Shown here in pieces: positions 32,761 to 64,000 of a stretch of DNA of 64,000 nucleotides; the stretch's first letter is position 1, and each line of letters opens with the position of its first letter. A program made the translations under genes and the position numbers. Source of the DNA: the human T2T-CHM13v2.0 reference genome, Homo sapiens; NCBI RefSeq assembly GCF_009914755.1, contig NC_060936.1; one strand, written 5' to 3'. The notes below the pieces were generated by a model. It searched no databases, was not told where the DNA came from, and worked only from the letters and a program-made list of their open reading frames with translations.

Positions 32761-33164
32761 CATCCCTCCCCAGAAATGAGTGAATCTACTGCCTCATGAA
32801 CCTTTTCCTTCCATTAAAAAAAAAAAAAAAAAACTGAAGGGAAAGACATGTCCTTAATTGCCCAGAACAGAGGTGCTTCTTCAGTGACTCTAATGAAACC
32901 AAAGCCTTACAAATGGATGCTGATATCTGTCATGAATCTACTACATTGTGTAGTTATTATGGATGAAAATGTCTTTTCCCCTACTACATCCTGACAGAAT
33001 GGAGTGGCAAGTTGGCATCATTATTTAGTTTTGTAGGCCCAGCTCACTACAGATGCTCAATAAATGTTGACCAAGTGAATAATTTAATCAAATCCAACTG
33101 TCACAACTGTGGCAATATTTGTACCTTGAGCAGGATTTTTTTTTTTTTTTTTTAAAGATGGTGT

Positions 33165-40610
<7,446 letters not shown>

Positions 40611-43159
40611 TGGAGAAAATTTTCTTAAAAAAGAGAGATGAGGTCTCATTCTACTGCCCAGGCTGGAGTGCAATGGCACAATCATAGCCCTGAAATTCCT
40701 GGGCTCAAGCAACCCTCCTACTTCAGCCTCTTGTGCTAAGTATTTTTATTTTTATTTTTAGAGATGGAGGTCTCTGTTACCCAGACTAGTCTTGAACTCC
40801 TGGCCTCAGGTGATTCTTCCACCTTGGCCTCCCAAAGTGCTGGGGTTACAAGCATTAGCCACTGTGCCCAGCCAGGTAGGATGCTTTTTGCCAGTCCATA
40901 GCCACTGCACAATCCAAAATCTTGTTCAGATACAATATTGTTAATTTTATAAAGCTCATTAAGTAAATTTTGAATGTTCATAAACCCCAAACTCCAGCCA
41001 AATAAGGCTGAACCCCTTTAGGATAGACTGTGGCAGGGAAGGATGAGTTTTAATGGAGGCAGGAATGAATGAGCAGGTACATGGAACTTGGGATCTTAAA
41101 TGTCTGGGTTCAAGAGTCAGAGTTCCCTTAAGCATGAGTGAGAATAGTCTGTTCTGCATGGTGTGTTTGTGCCTCTAGGAAGTATAGCCTTTCTCCTGGT
41201 TCCTCTCCCCAGTGTGTTGGGGAATTATGAGGAATGTTTACGTGTTGTCATTGGTAGTCACTTGTGACCCAGCCAGGTGCTGCCCCAAGAGACTCTGGTG
41301 TTGACTGGTGACTTCTTGCCATCCTTTATCTGCCTTCTCTGGACCGCTTTTGTCTTCTCTGTGCTGCCTCAGGCCAGTGGAGAACCAGGTCCTTCTTTTA
41401 CTTACCCAAAGCACCGCCAAGTTCAGGCTCTAGTTTTATCTAGACTTGAGTTAAACAAAGGGAATGACGATATGGGAAAGAAAATACATTTGGATGTTAC
41501 AGATATGTGTGTTCCTGGAGCCCAGGGGCCAAGCCCCTCCCTGGGGGACTTGGATTGGTGATCTCTCTCCTTGGCCCCAACCTGACATCTTTTCTTGTCC
41601 TTTTAGGAATGTCTGATGGAAATTCCTCCTAACCTGGGGTCATACTCCATTTCATTCTCTGGGCTCAGTGAGAGGGAAAATTTTTTTTTTAAGTAATTTA
41701 CTGAAAACCCAGATCACACCATCATAAATTCAGATAGGTGCAATTCTGCCCACAATGAAGGCAAAGTGTTACACTAATTTGAAAACAGTTTAGCCTCTTA
41801 TTCCCCCAAACTTCATTCTTGAATTTTGTCATTTTTTGTGGGCAAGCTGTGGGAAAGGGGCACAAAAGTATCACTGAAGTATTTTTTCAAAAAAGAAAAA
41901 AGGCAGTCTTCCTCTACTAATGAGAATGCAAAATGTTGAACAACTGTAAAATGTTTTCACCCTGCTTTTAGACATAAAGCTTTAAAAAACTGTGAGGTCT
42001 TTTATCACTTCCCCATTGTATATGTAATATGGCTCCAGATAATTACTCTGCCACGGGGAGAAAATCTTCCATAACTCTCCCCTATATATATGTATACTCC
42101 ACCACCTTATCTTGTTATGTCATGGTGGTGGGAGTATTTATACCACAGAAACAGGCAAATGATACAAATCTGGGCTTCAGGCTAGGCGTGGTGGCACACC
42201 CCTGTAATCCCAGTATTTTGGGAGGCTGAGGGGCAGATCGCTTGAATCCAGGAGTTCAAGCTCAGCTTCGATAACATGGTAAAATATAATATAAAAATAT
42301 AAAAATATAAAAATTACCCAGGCATGGTGGCTTGCGCCTGTAGTCTCAGCTACTCGGGAAGCTGAGGTGGGAGAATCAGTGAGCCCAGGCCAAGTCAAGG
42401 CTATAGTGAGCTGTGATGGTGCCACTGCACTCCAGCCTGGGTTACAGAGTGTGACCCTGTCTCAAAAAAAAAAAAAAAAAAAAAAAAAGACCCAACAAAC
42501 TAATCTGACCTCAGTTCATTTGTTTATTTTCCTATTGACTTCATTCTTTAAATTTAAACATTTACTTTTAAGAAATATTTATATGCTAGGAACTAAATGG
42601 TTAAAGATAAAAAACACAGATTCTGGATGTAGAGAAATTAGAACCCACATGCACTGCTGGTGTGAATGTAAAATGGTGCAGCCACTTTGAATCAAAGCTT
42701 GGTAGTTTCTTAAAATGCTAAATAAATGCAGAGTTATCCTATGACCTAGCACTTCCACTCATATATGCATAATATACCCAAGAAATACAAAAACATATCC
42801 ATACAAAAACTTGTACATGAGTATTTATAGCATGTTACTTATACATTAAATGAAAACAATCCAAATGTCTATCATTAACTAAAATGTAGTATATCCATAT
42901 AATGGACCACTATTCAGCAATAAAAAAGGAATGAGCTGAGCTGGGCACAATCGCTCACGCCTGTAATCCCAGCATTTTGATAGGTCAAGGTGGGAGAACT
43001 GCTTGAAGCCAGGAGTTCCAGACCAGCCTGGGCAACATAGTGATACTCTGTCTCTAAAAAAAAATTTAAACTTAACAGTTTGTGGTGGCATGCACCTGTG
43101 GTCCCAGCTACTCAGGAGGCTGAGGCAGGAGAATCTCCATTTTTTTTTTTTTTTTTTGA

Positions 43160-43773
<614 letters not shown>

Positions 43774-44020
43774 TGATCTGCCTGCCTTGGCCTCCCAAAG
43801 TGGTAGAATTACAGGCGTGAGCCACCACGCCCGGCCAACCCTAACTCTTAAAAAAAAAAAAAAAAAGGAATGAAATACTAACACCTGCTACAATGTGGAT
43901 GAACTTTAAGAATATCATGCTAAATTGGCCAGGCACGGTGGCTCATGCCTGTAATCCCAGCACTTTGGGAGGCTGAGGTGGGCAGACCATGAGGTCAGGA
44001 GATCGAGACCATCCTGGCTA

Positions 44021-45850
<1,830 letters not shown>

Positions 45851-46046
45851 CATATTGTTTTAAAACAAGAATTTAGGCTGGGCCCAGTGGCTCACGCCTG
45901 TAATCCCAGCACTTTGGGAGGCTGAGGCGGGCGGATCATGAGATCAGGAGATTGAGAACATCCTGGCTAACACAGTGAAACCCCATCTCTACTAAAAATA
46001 CAAAAAATTAGCTGGGCATGGTGGCACGTGCCTGTAGTCCCAGCTA

Positions 46047-46271
<225 letters not shown>

Positions 46272-47794
46272 TTAAATTTTCTTTTTTGGGTGTACCTCTT
46301 AATAACTACATATCCTCTTTTCCCCTTTAATGATTTTATTTTATTTCATTTCATTTTATTTTATTATTTTTTGAGATGGAGTCTCGCTCTGTCGCCCAGG
46401 CTGGAGTGCAATGGCGCGATCTCAGCTCGCTGCAACCTCTGTCTGCCTCCTGGGTTCATGCCATTCTCCTGCCTCAGCCTCCTGAGTAGCTGGGACTCCA
46501 GGTGCCTGCCACCACGCCCAGCTAATTTTTTGTATTTTTAGTAGAGGCGGGGTTTCACCATGTTAGCCAGGATGGTCTTGATCTCCTGAACTCGTGATCC
46601 GCCCACCTCAGCCTCCCAAAGTGCTGGGATTAGAGGTGTGAGCCACTGCCTGTAAAATTAATGATTTTAATCTTGAATTTTACTTTGTTTTGAACATTGC
46701 AATCCCTGCTTTCTTCTTATTTGTTTTTGCCTGGAATATTTGTGCTCAACCTTTTAATTATATTTTCATGGTAGAAAAAGGTAAGAGGAATGGCAAATAA
46801 ATTTTTTTTTTTTTTGAGATGGAGTATTGCTCTGTCACCCAGGCTGGAGTACAGTGGTGTCATCTCAGCTCACTACAACCTCCACCTTCCAGGTTAAAGT
46901 GATTCTTGTTCCTCAGCCTCCCAAGTAGCTGGGACTACAGGCGCATGCCACCAGGCCCAGCTAATTTTTGTACTTTTAGTAGAGATGGGGTTTCACCATG
47001 TTGGCCAGGCTGGTCTCGAACTCCTGATCTCAAGTGATCTGCCTGCCTGGGCCTCCCAAAGTGCTGGAATTACAGGCATGAGCCACTGTGCCTGGCCACA
47101 AGTAAATTATTTTGATGGAGCACTTAACTGCTATAACTTACTATTTATATTGACATAATGATAGAGGTTTATTCATGATTATTAGCAACAGGAAAGTAAC
47201 CACTAGAGTAACTGAGTATTGACAAGCAAAGTAAAACTTTACAAAGTAACATAGGAATAAGAAAAGGAATAAAGGAAATCTATCCAAGCCAGTGAAAGAC
47301 AGGGAAAAAAAGGGAAGCAATAGAAAGTATAATAAATATTATATAATTTTCAGAATAGCATTCTGAATTGGATGACAATGTATTTTCTCCTCTTATTAAT
47401 AATTTTCTTCTCAGTAATTTCTTCTTACTGAAAGCTCTTCTAACTAAATAGAGACAGTGAGGCTGAAGTTTATTGTCCCAGGAAGAAAGGAATCAAATAA
47501 TAAGAATAAAGAGTCAAATTTTTGGTTTTGAGTTCCAAAATGGGCTCTCAAAATCTTTGGCAGGGCTGAACATGGTGGCTCACACCTGTAATCCCAGCAC
47601 TTTGAGAGGCCAAGGCAGGAGGACTGCTGGAGCCCAGGAGTTCGAGACCAGCCTAGGCTAAATACTGAGGTCCTATCTCTACCAAAACAAACAAACAAAC
47701 AAACAAACAAACAAAAAACTAGCCCAGCATGTGGCTACTTGGGAAGCTGAATCCTTGGCAGAAAAAAATAGCCTTAGGATCAAAGTATTTTTTA

Positions 47795-48464
<670 letters not shown>

Positions 48465-48683
48465 TCATGAGGTCAGGAGATCAAGACCATCTTGGCTAAC
48501 ACGGTGAAATCCCATCTCTACTGAAAATACAAAAAAATTGGCCGGGTATGGTGGTGGGCACCTGTAGTCCCAGCTACTTGGGAGGCTGAGGCAGGGCGAA
48601 TGGCGTGAACCTGGGAGGCCGAGCTTGCAGTGAGCCGAGATTGTGCCACTGCACTCCAGCCTGGGCAACAGAACGAGACTCCA

Positions 48684-48728
<45 letters not shown>

Positions 48729-49224
48729 TGAGGGTGGGGGTGCTTTTTTGAGAAGCTAGGAGAGTCATGTTCCTAGAAGTCAAGACCTGGATTCCTTAAG
48801 AGAATAGGGCTTATACTATAAGGCACAGAGGAAAAAAGACCAGTTTATTCATTATTTAAAAAAAAAAAAGAAATAAAAATCCTCTCTGGGTAAAGGAAGG
48901 AGGAAGAACCTTGGAGAATATTCAGATAGGACAGTGAGGTAATTTTGACATTGGTGTAAAGGCTTGCTCCCTTAGAGTTAAAACCCTGTTAGAAGAGCTA
49001 TAAAAATTCCAAGATAGATTTGGGAATTGGATATAGAAGTGGTTTATGTTGAAAGCAGTGGATAATTTATTAAAAAGTTATACCCAGCCAGGAGTGGTGG
49101 CTCACTCCTGTAGTCCTAGCACTTTGGGAGGCTGAGGCAGGCGGATCTCTTGAGCCCAGGAGTTTAAGCCAGCCTGGGCAACTTGGTGAAACCTCATCAC
49201 CACACACAAAAAAACAAAAAATGT

Positions 49225-54100
<4,876 letters not shown>

Positions 54101-55448
54101 ATTTATCTTTTCTTTTTTTTTTTTCGAGACAGAGTATCACTCTGTCTCAAAGAGCAACATGGTGAAACCCCATCTGATGCCCTAGATATGAGTACATCTG
54201 AGAGATTTATTCCCTAGACCCTGGAACATTTAAAACAACTTGGCGCTCTAATCTCTTTTTCCTTTCCATGCTACTTATGTATTACAGGAAAGGTCTACTC
54301 ATACTTCCTTCCAGGACTTGCTGGGTTTTTTTTTTTTTTTCCAAGCCGATCCCTGGTGTTTTATACTCAGGATCTCATAGCTGATTCCCCTTATGCTAAT
54401 GGACATATATCATATCAAATAGGGAAGTGCCCATATCTCAGATACAGAGGGAATTTTAGAGCAAGGATCAAAATCAGTCTATTTAAATGAGGTAAATGTC
54501 CATGCAGAAGAGATTCTTAGGACAACAAAGTGGTAGGTCAAAGACCATGCCCACAAACTCTTTCGGAGGCAGAAAAGGTTTGGGGGTTTGAAATGGGCTG
54601 TGTGGTACAGAGTAGAGAATGGTGCAAGAGGCACTGGACAGCAGAGGCCTGTGACCTATCCAGAGACCCACAAAGGCCTGCTCTGGAACCTTTAGTTTCA
54701 ATGAGCCAAAAGAATAACACATGCCAGGAGAGGTGGTAGAAGCTGTTTCATGGGCACTACAACTGACAGGAAAAGGTTATTTTTTTTTCCTTTTCTTGAG
54801 GCCTGATCCTGGGTCATGGAACTTGCTGGACCTCTGAAATCTTCCTCTCCTTGGTATATTCTTCCATGAAAACAGCAGAAGGCAGGGCATGGTGGTTCAC
54901 GCCTGTAATCCCTACACTTTGGGAGGCCGAGGCGGGCAGATCATCTGAGGTCAGGAGTTCAAGACCAGCCTGGCCAACATGGCGAAACCCCGTCTCTACT
55001 AAAAATACAAAAATTAGCCGGGCGTGGTAGCGGGTGCCTGAAATACCAGCTATTCAAGAGGCTGAGGCAGGGGGAATTGCTGGAACCCAGGAGGCGGAGG
55101 TTGCAATGAGCTGAGATTGCGCCATTGCTCTCCAGCCTGGGCGACAGAGCGAGACTCCGTCTCAAAAAACAAACAAACAAAAACAACAGCAGGAGTTCAG
55201 CTAAGGAACACTAAAATGTTGAGGCAGGTTGCAAAGTAAGGACACTCATGAAGAGAGAGAGGAGTAGGAATAAACATGATCAAAAGGCAGGTGTCATCAT
55301 GTAATAGTCAGGTGGGAACAGCTATCCTTCTGGCAGGCAGCATAGCTTTGAGCTTTAACCAAACAACTACATCACTGACAAAGGTCTGGGTCTAGGAAAA
55401 ACAACTGAGATACAGAGGTTCAGGATTATTGGCTGTTTCACTTGGGCC

Positions 55449-57950
55449 ATGACAATGACATCCCTAATTAATTACTTTGCCTCCCTCTTGATCCTTCTTC
55501 TGTGAAATCAAGCGGTCATAGGTAAGGTTTGGAATGATTTGCATTTTATCTTATTTTATTTATTTAGAAACAGGGTCTCACTCTGGCACCCAGGCCATGC
55601 AGGCTGGAATGCAATAGTACAATCATAGCTCACTGTAACCTCAAACTCCTATGCTCCAGTGATCCTCCTGCGTCAGCCTCCTTGAGTAGCTAGGACTACA
55701 GGTACATGCCACCACGCCTGGCTAATTTTTTAAATTTTTGTAGAGACAGGGTCTTGTTATGTTTCCCAAGCTGGTCTCAAACTCCTGGCCTCAAGTAATC
55801 TATCCACCTCAGCCTCCTGAAGTGCTGGAATTGTAGGTGTGAGTCACCACACCTAGCCTTGGAAATATTTTTCATCCAGGAATCCCTACATGGGGTTTTG
55901 AGAATGGGGGAAATATCTTTATTATAAAATAGTCATCCTAGAAACTTGATGATATTCAGAGGACTAGAAGAAAAAGGAGAAAAGGTGGCCTATGTCTTAA
56001 TATGAGAAAATGGAATATTATTAAATTTGAAGCAAAATTAAGGATTGTTAATAAAAAACTTCCCTATCTGTACACATTAAAATGGGAAATAGAGCTTGGG
56101 CATGCCTTTTATACAGGATCACTGTTACTATAATGTAGAGTCAACAGTGACCTAGATTCTTTGGTGACTATCAGCACTTAAAAGGACCTTTTAAGAACTG
56201 GACTTCGGGTCGGGTGCAGTGGCTCATGCCTGTAATCCCAGCACTTTGGGAGGCCGAGGCGGGTAGATCACCTGAGGTCAGGAGTTCAAGACCAGCCTGA
56301 CCAACATACCTCAAACAAATTTGAACATATGGTTTACAGCATATCTTGAAATCAGGATTCAGAGCAGAATAGAGCCCAGACCACATGCCCCATATATGGT
56401 TGTTTCCCAAATATGTAGAAATGTTTATTGTGGTTGACAATAAGTGGTTACAAATGTGGAATAATATAATGTGACCAACATTACACAGATGGTAACAGAT
56501 GTTCACACGCTGGCCAAGTGATACAATAAGGAGCTAAATAATACTTACTGGTTAGATATATGGACTAGTTGGAGATACGGACAGAGAGAAGGCTAGTGCA
56601 AATGCCCCTGAATCTGCAGAAAATGTTTCAAAATTTTAACTGCGGAGAGACCAGCTGGCACCCCTTCAGAAAGGTGAAACATGTTGTTGCTCATATTTGG
56701 ACCATTGGTCAAAATCCTGGAAAGTACCAGGGCTATGCATTTCTCAGTTGTATCTGTAGAGCTAAGAATACAATGAGTGTTGAATCTTTCTTTCATGAAG
56801 ATATACCCCACTTTGCAGCTCTCATAGCTCATGAGCTTGGCCACAGCTTGGATATGAAACATGACTATATGGCCTACAAGTGTCATGGCCAGAACCTTTG
56901 TATTATGCATAAATTTATTACTATAGATATGGGCTTCAGCAACTGAAGCTTCCACTGATTCCATTAGTTTTTGCATAGGCACAGAGAAGACTGTTTAATA
57001 AACTTGAGCACCAAATCTCCTTTGGAAAGCCATATTGTGGGGACAAGATAGTGATGAAGGAGAAGAATGCAAGTGTGGCATTCTTTGATTGTGAAAGAAT
57101 CCCTCTCATTGATTGTGAAAGGGATCACTGTTGTCTGCCCTCACAATAGCTGAAGAAGGGTTCAGATTGTGCATTTGGATTCTGTAGCAGACACTGCAAA
57201 TTTCCAAGAGCAACCACACCCTGCTGCCTCAGTGGAGGTGAATATGACCTCTGAGAGTACTTTAATGGCACCTCCGAGTGGTGCCACACAGATATATACA
57301 AGGAAGATGGTATCCCTTGCAAAGAACAAGGTTATTGTTACCAGGGCCAGTGCAGAAGCCTAGAGAATCAGTGCATTAAAATCTCTGGAAAGGGCAAATG
57401 AGCTGCTTGGAAAAATTATCATTACCAAGGGGGATAGGTTTGGAAACTGGCAGTGAGTCTAAAGGATTGTTTAAAGTCTTCAGGAACTACAAGGCCAAAT
57501 ATGTAAGATGTGAGAGACTGCTATGTGAAAACATCTAAAGATCCCATAAACTGAAAAACATCAAACACCCATTTTCCCATGCAGGACATGTAGTGTTGGA
57601 GTATAAACAGGGCTGACGAGGGGGAGGTAAAAGATAGTCCATATGGTCCACAAAAGATCTGTATCAATCATTCCTGCTTAGATACCACTGTACTCCACTA
57701 TGACTGCAACCTGGACAAGTGTCATGGGAGGGTTGTTTGCAACAATTTTAAGAACTAGCACTTGTCTACAACTATGCCCCTCCTACATGAGAATTTAAGG
57801 GTTAGGAGGTAGTCTAACAGTGGCCCAGCTCCACATATCCCCTCTGACTCTCAGTATGACAAAAAGCTGATAATCCTAATTCAAGTCTTATCTAGCCGCT
57901 TATTATTTCTCATTCCTACTATCTTTTTGTTTGCTTACATCCACGCATGA
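55449..57950 (+). pseudogene. ADAM1B: Heavily decayed intronless ADAM1-family pseudogene
   Basis: TTGGGCCATG start homologous to ADAM1A; fragments NFPIC..NG...[55 protein letters not shown] (motif at 56830-56865), GSDCAFGFC..CKF, NGTSEWC, GDRFGN, CHGRVVCNNFK, SGP and a hydrophobic TM; many stops and frameshifts; two Alu interruptions. Confidence 0.88.
55543..55858 (-). mobile_element. AluJ-type element inserted in the ADAM1B leader/signal region
   Basis: AluJ-diagnostic text (GGGTCTC..ATCATAGCTCACTG..TTGTAGAGACAGGGTCTTG.TATGTT), high divergence from consensus. Confidence 0.85.
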
Positions 57951-58016
57951 TCTAAGAAATTGTCATACATCACTGGAACAGCAAGATAAACAAACCTGAA
58001 AAATATTTGATAATTA

Positions 58017-58929
<913 letters not shown>

Positions 58930-59687
58930 TCAGGGACTATGGATATAGGAACTCTTTCTTGCTTCCATCTATTTTTCTATATGCTGACTGCTTATTAGTT
59001 TTTAAATTAAAAGAAGTTAACGCAGCTTTCTAGGTGAGGCAGTCTTTTTTTGTTCTGTGCTATCATGAAATCAGGTCTCAGGATTTTGGGGACAATGAGA
59101 AGCTTCAATATATGATCTTGACAGAATAAGGCCAGGTTACCCTCCATAACTTCCATGAAGCTCATGGTCTAAAACCGAAAGAGCTATCATTGAGCTCCCT
59201 GACATTTCTATAGAGAGCTCTTTTGGAAAAATCTCTGTAACTTACTTTTCAGAACATCCTGTCTAATCTTCCGTTATAATCCTCTCAATCAATTTCTCTA
59301 ATCTTAAAGATTTTGCCTTGGACATACCAAGATAATGTATCAAGTGAGAATAAGGCTGCTTTTGTGATCATCAGATTATTAGGTCTAGATGTTTTGATTA
59401 ATTATCATTCCAGTCACCTTGTCCATTTGGCTTTCCCTTTGTTTTGGCATCATAGTATATGATGCTCTGGCCTCAGATTGGCCTTGTTCATAACTTAGCT
59501 GGAGAGACCAAATATCACTGTTACATGATTCAAGAGGAATTAACAGATTAGATAGATATTCCCACCCCTGAATGAAGCTCTGCAGTCCGAGAATCTTTTC
59601 TTTCCCAAAAGATTTAAATTTTACTTATAAGTCACTAATTTGCTTGTTCACTCATTTATCCTATAAACATATATTTAACACTTACTA

Positions 59688-59769
59688 TTAGGCTGAACTA
59701 TGTGAAATTGATGACATTAGACCATTTTCACCTATAAAAATGGCAAGTTGTTCATACTGTTCAATCTAA
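59688..59769. mobile_element. MADE2-like non-autonomous mariner element (~80 bp)
   Basis: TA, then TTAGGCTGAACTATGTGAAATTG...TTCATACTGTTCAATCTAA degenerate terminal inverted repeats; resembles the MADE2 consensus as I recall it. Confidence 0.7.
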
Positions 59770-60219
59770 CTTTATACTTTGATAAATGAACACAATGAAA
59801 CCAACCTTGTACTTCTGCTTGTAAATGCAAGTTAACAGTTATTGATTACTAGAGGTTTTTTTTAGTCTCTATTTCTCTTAAATCTTATTGTCCCTGTGAC
59901 TTCAAAAGATTAGTCTTAGTATTCTAGAGTGGGGTGATCCCTATTGTTCAAGTCCTAGAACAGAACTGAACATATGAGACTAAGATGTGGTGTGTCTAAA
60001 GGTCCCACTGTCACTTTTTTGATAGTAGTTCTCCTTGTTTCCTATGAGTTTCCAAAACTCTTCATAGAATGGAAACCCAGGATTTTCTGTGTTCAACTTT
60101 AGAGACAGTAATAGCAATGGCAAGACCTGAGCAAGTTGTTGCATGCCCCCTGCCCCCACTTCCCCTGCAACCATGGAGTAGACAGCTTTGAAATGACACA
60201 TATAAATAATAATCTAGAA

Positions 60220-60225
60220 TTTATT
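60220..60225 (-). terminator. TMEM116: TMEM116 polyA signal
   Basis: TTTATT on + (AATAAA on -) about 300 nt past the stop codon. Confidence 0.7.
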
Positions 60226-60525
60226 TTTTCTAGAAGAGACTTAGACAAATCCAATATCCATCAAGGTAACACGAGTCTATCTCTGAGATGGAAAGTGTCT
60301 TCCTCTCCCTGAATAGAGACTTTAAGGATCACTAGTGAATCTGGGAATAACTGGAGAGATACTCCCAATTCATCTAGAATGACTACTAACAATGGCACTA
60401 TATTTCCTTTGAGTTCTGCAGTTTAGGGCATAGTTAGAAAAGATTTAAGATGTCCTTTCCCAACATTCTTTCCAATCCATTAGCGTAGAATAACTCCAGT
60501 TCCTGGATGTTCCAGTATTGTAGTT

Positions 60526-60774
<249 letters not shown>

Positions 60775-61247
60775 TCAGGGATCCAGGGAATAATTCTCAC
60801 TCCCCTTATTCATAAAGCATTGTTATATTTTCTCTATCTCAAACATGAAGATCTGACATCAGTTTTTTATATTTTTCTAGTTCATCCTGAACTCACTGTC
60901 TACACTACACTGTTACGGATGACTGAGAGTTGGTCATACTTCTTAGTATATACATAGGGACAATGAAATAGCTTCAGTGCCCCCCCTTATTGCCTCATTT
61001 TCCAGGGTACCCTTGAGAAAACTGTCTCATCGGAATAGTCAGATAGCCCAAAAATCTTCTTAAATCCAATAAAGAAAAAAAAGAGAGATGATCATTCCAT
61101 CCCCTCCTCACCATTCACCAAGAATAGCTCATTTATCCCATTCAGTTTACTCTGGATGGGAGAGAACCATGTCACTATCAATGTTTCATAAGAACATACC
61201 TGGCAGATCTTGTTTATTTTTGCTGCCCATTCCTTAAAAACACATCA

Positions 61248-61616
<369 letters not shown>

Positions 61617-61826
61617 TCAGGTTCCTCCACACACGTCTGAGCATTATCAGAATGGAAACAATAGGCATAATAAAATCCATCAGTGACGTTAACTTGTTAT
61701 GCAAACCAATGAGTCTTAGGCCTCCAACTTCTAGTCTTTACTGATGAAACTTTGTAGATTATTAGTGTAGTAATGGTAGCAGGATATACTACAGGAAGGT
61801 AATAATTTATACTTCCTATCAATTCA

Positions 61827-63685
<1,859 letters not shown>

Positions 63686-64000
63686 GTCACTTCTTGCCTT
63701 TAGATGGAAAACAAATTGCTTTTTCCCTATTGTCAGCTGTCTGAATAAGGTTTAGCTCATGAAACAAATATAAATCAGTTCAAAAGTCCAATGTGTTTTT
63801 TTGCAAAAATTAAATTAGATAACACTCTTGGTAACAAATCTGAATCTTTTCCCTAATCCAGATCTACTCTCTAAATTAATAACCTCATTACTTAATCAAG
63901 TTCAGCCATGTACATAGTCTCTTTTCCCTACATAAGCATCAAAAGGAGACTTGAGTTTGAGAAAACTTAACGTCTAAAAGAATCAGTTCACCATCTGTTG

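Noticed and set aside
56569-56946. 125-aa ORF with HELGHSLDMKHD as a functional mini-protease
   Set aside because: TTG start, Gly>Asp in the zinc motif, and stops/frameshifts on both sides; a remnant of ADAM1B.

Overview
Primate genomic DNA, recognisably the human MAPKAPK5–ADAM1A–ADAM1B–TMEM116 locus (identified from memory of the protein sequences; no search was run). On the + strand: the last eight coding exons of MAPKAPK5 (MK5/PRAK, 1-21970) with proximal polyA signals, an intronless fertilin-alpha pseudogene ADAM1A (28172-30614) that still carries an uninterrupted ~560-codon frame with an intact zinc-binding motif, and a much more decayed ADAM1-family pseudogene (ADAM1B, 55449-57950). On the - strand: an Alu-interrupted RPS2 processed pseudogene inside a MAPKAPK5 intron and the last three coding exons of TMEM116. 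The rest is dominated by about 60 Alus, several old L1s (one near full length), an MLT1 LTR, MIR and MADE2 elements; most ORFs in the supplied track are Alu/L1 translation artefacts. I found no convincing wholly new gene system. The most interesting signals are: the skewed lesion pattern and probable chimeric origin of ADAM1A; evidence that 'ADAM1B' is an older, separate paralog; a locally templated flank+Alu insertion into ADAM1B whose order of events can be read from the sequence; a TSD-flanked non-repeat hairpin insert inside L1 ORF1; and a unique-sequence island at ~41-42 kb. Repeat coordinates are by-eye estimates; exon coordinates were checked for GT/AG and phase.
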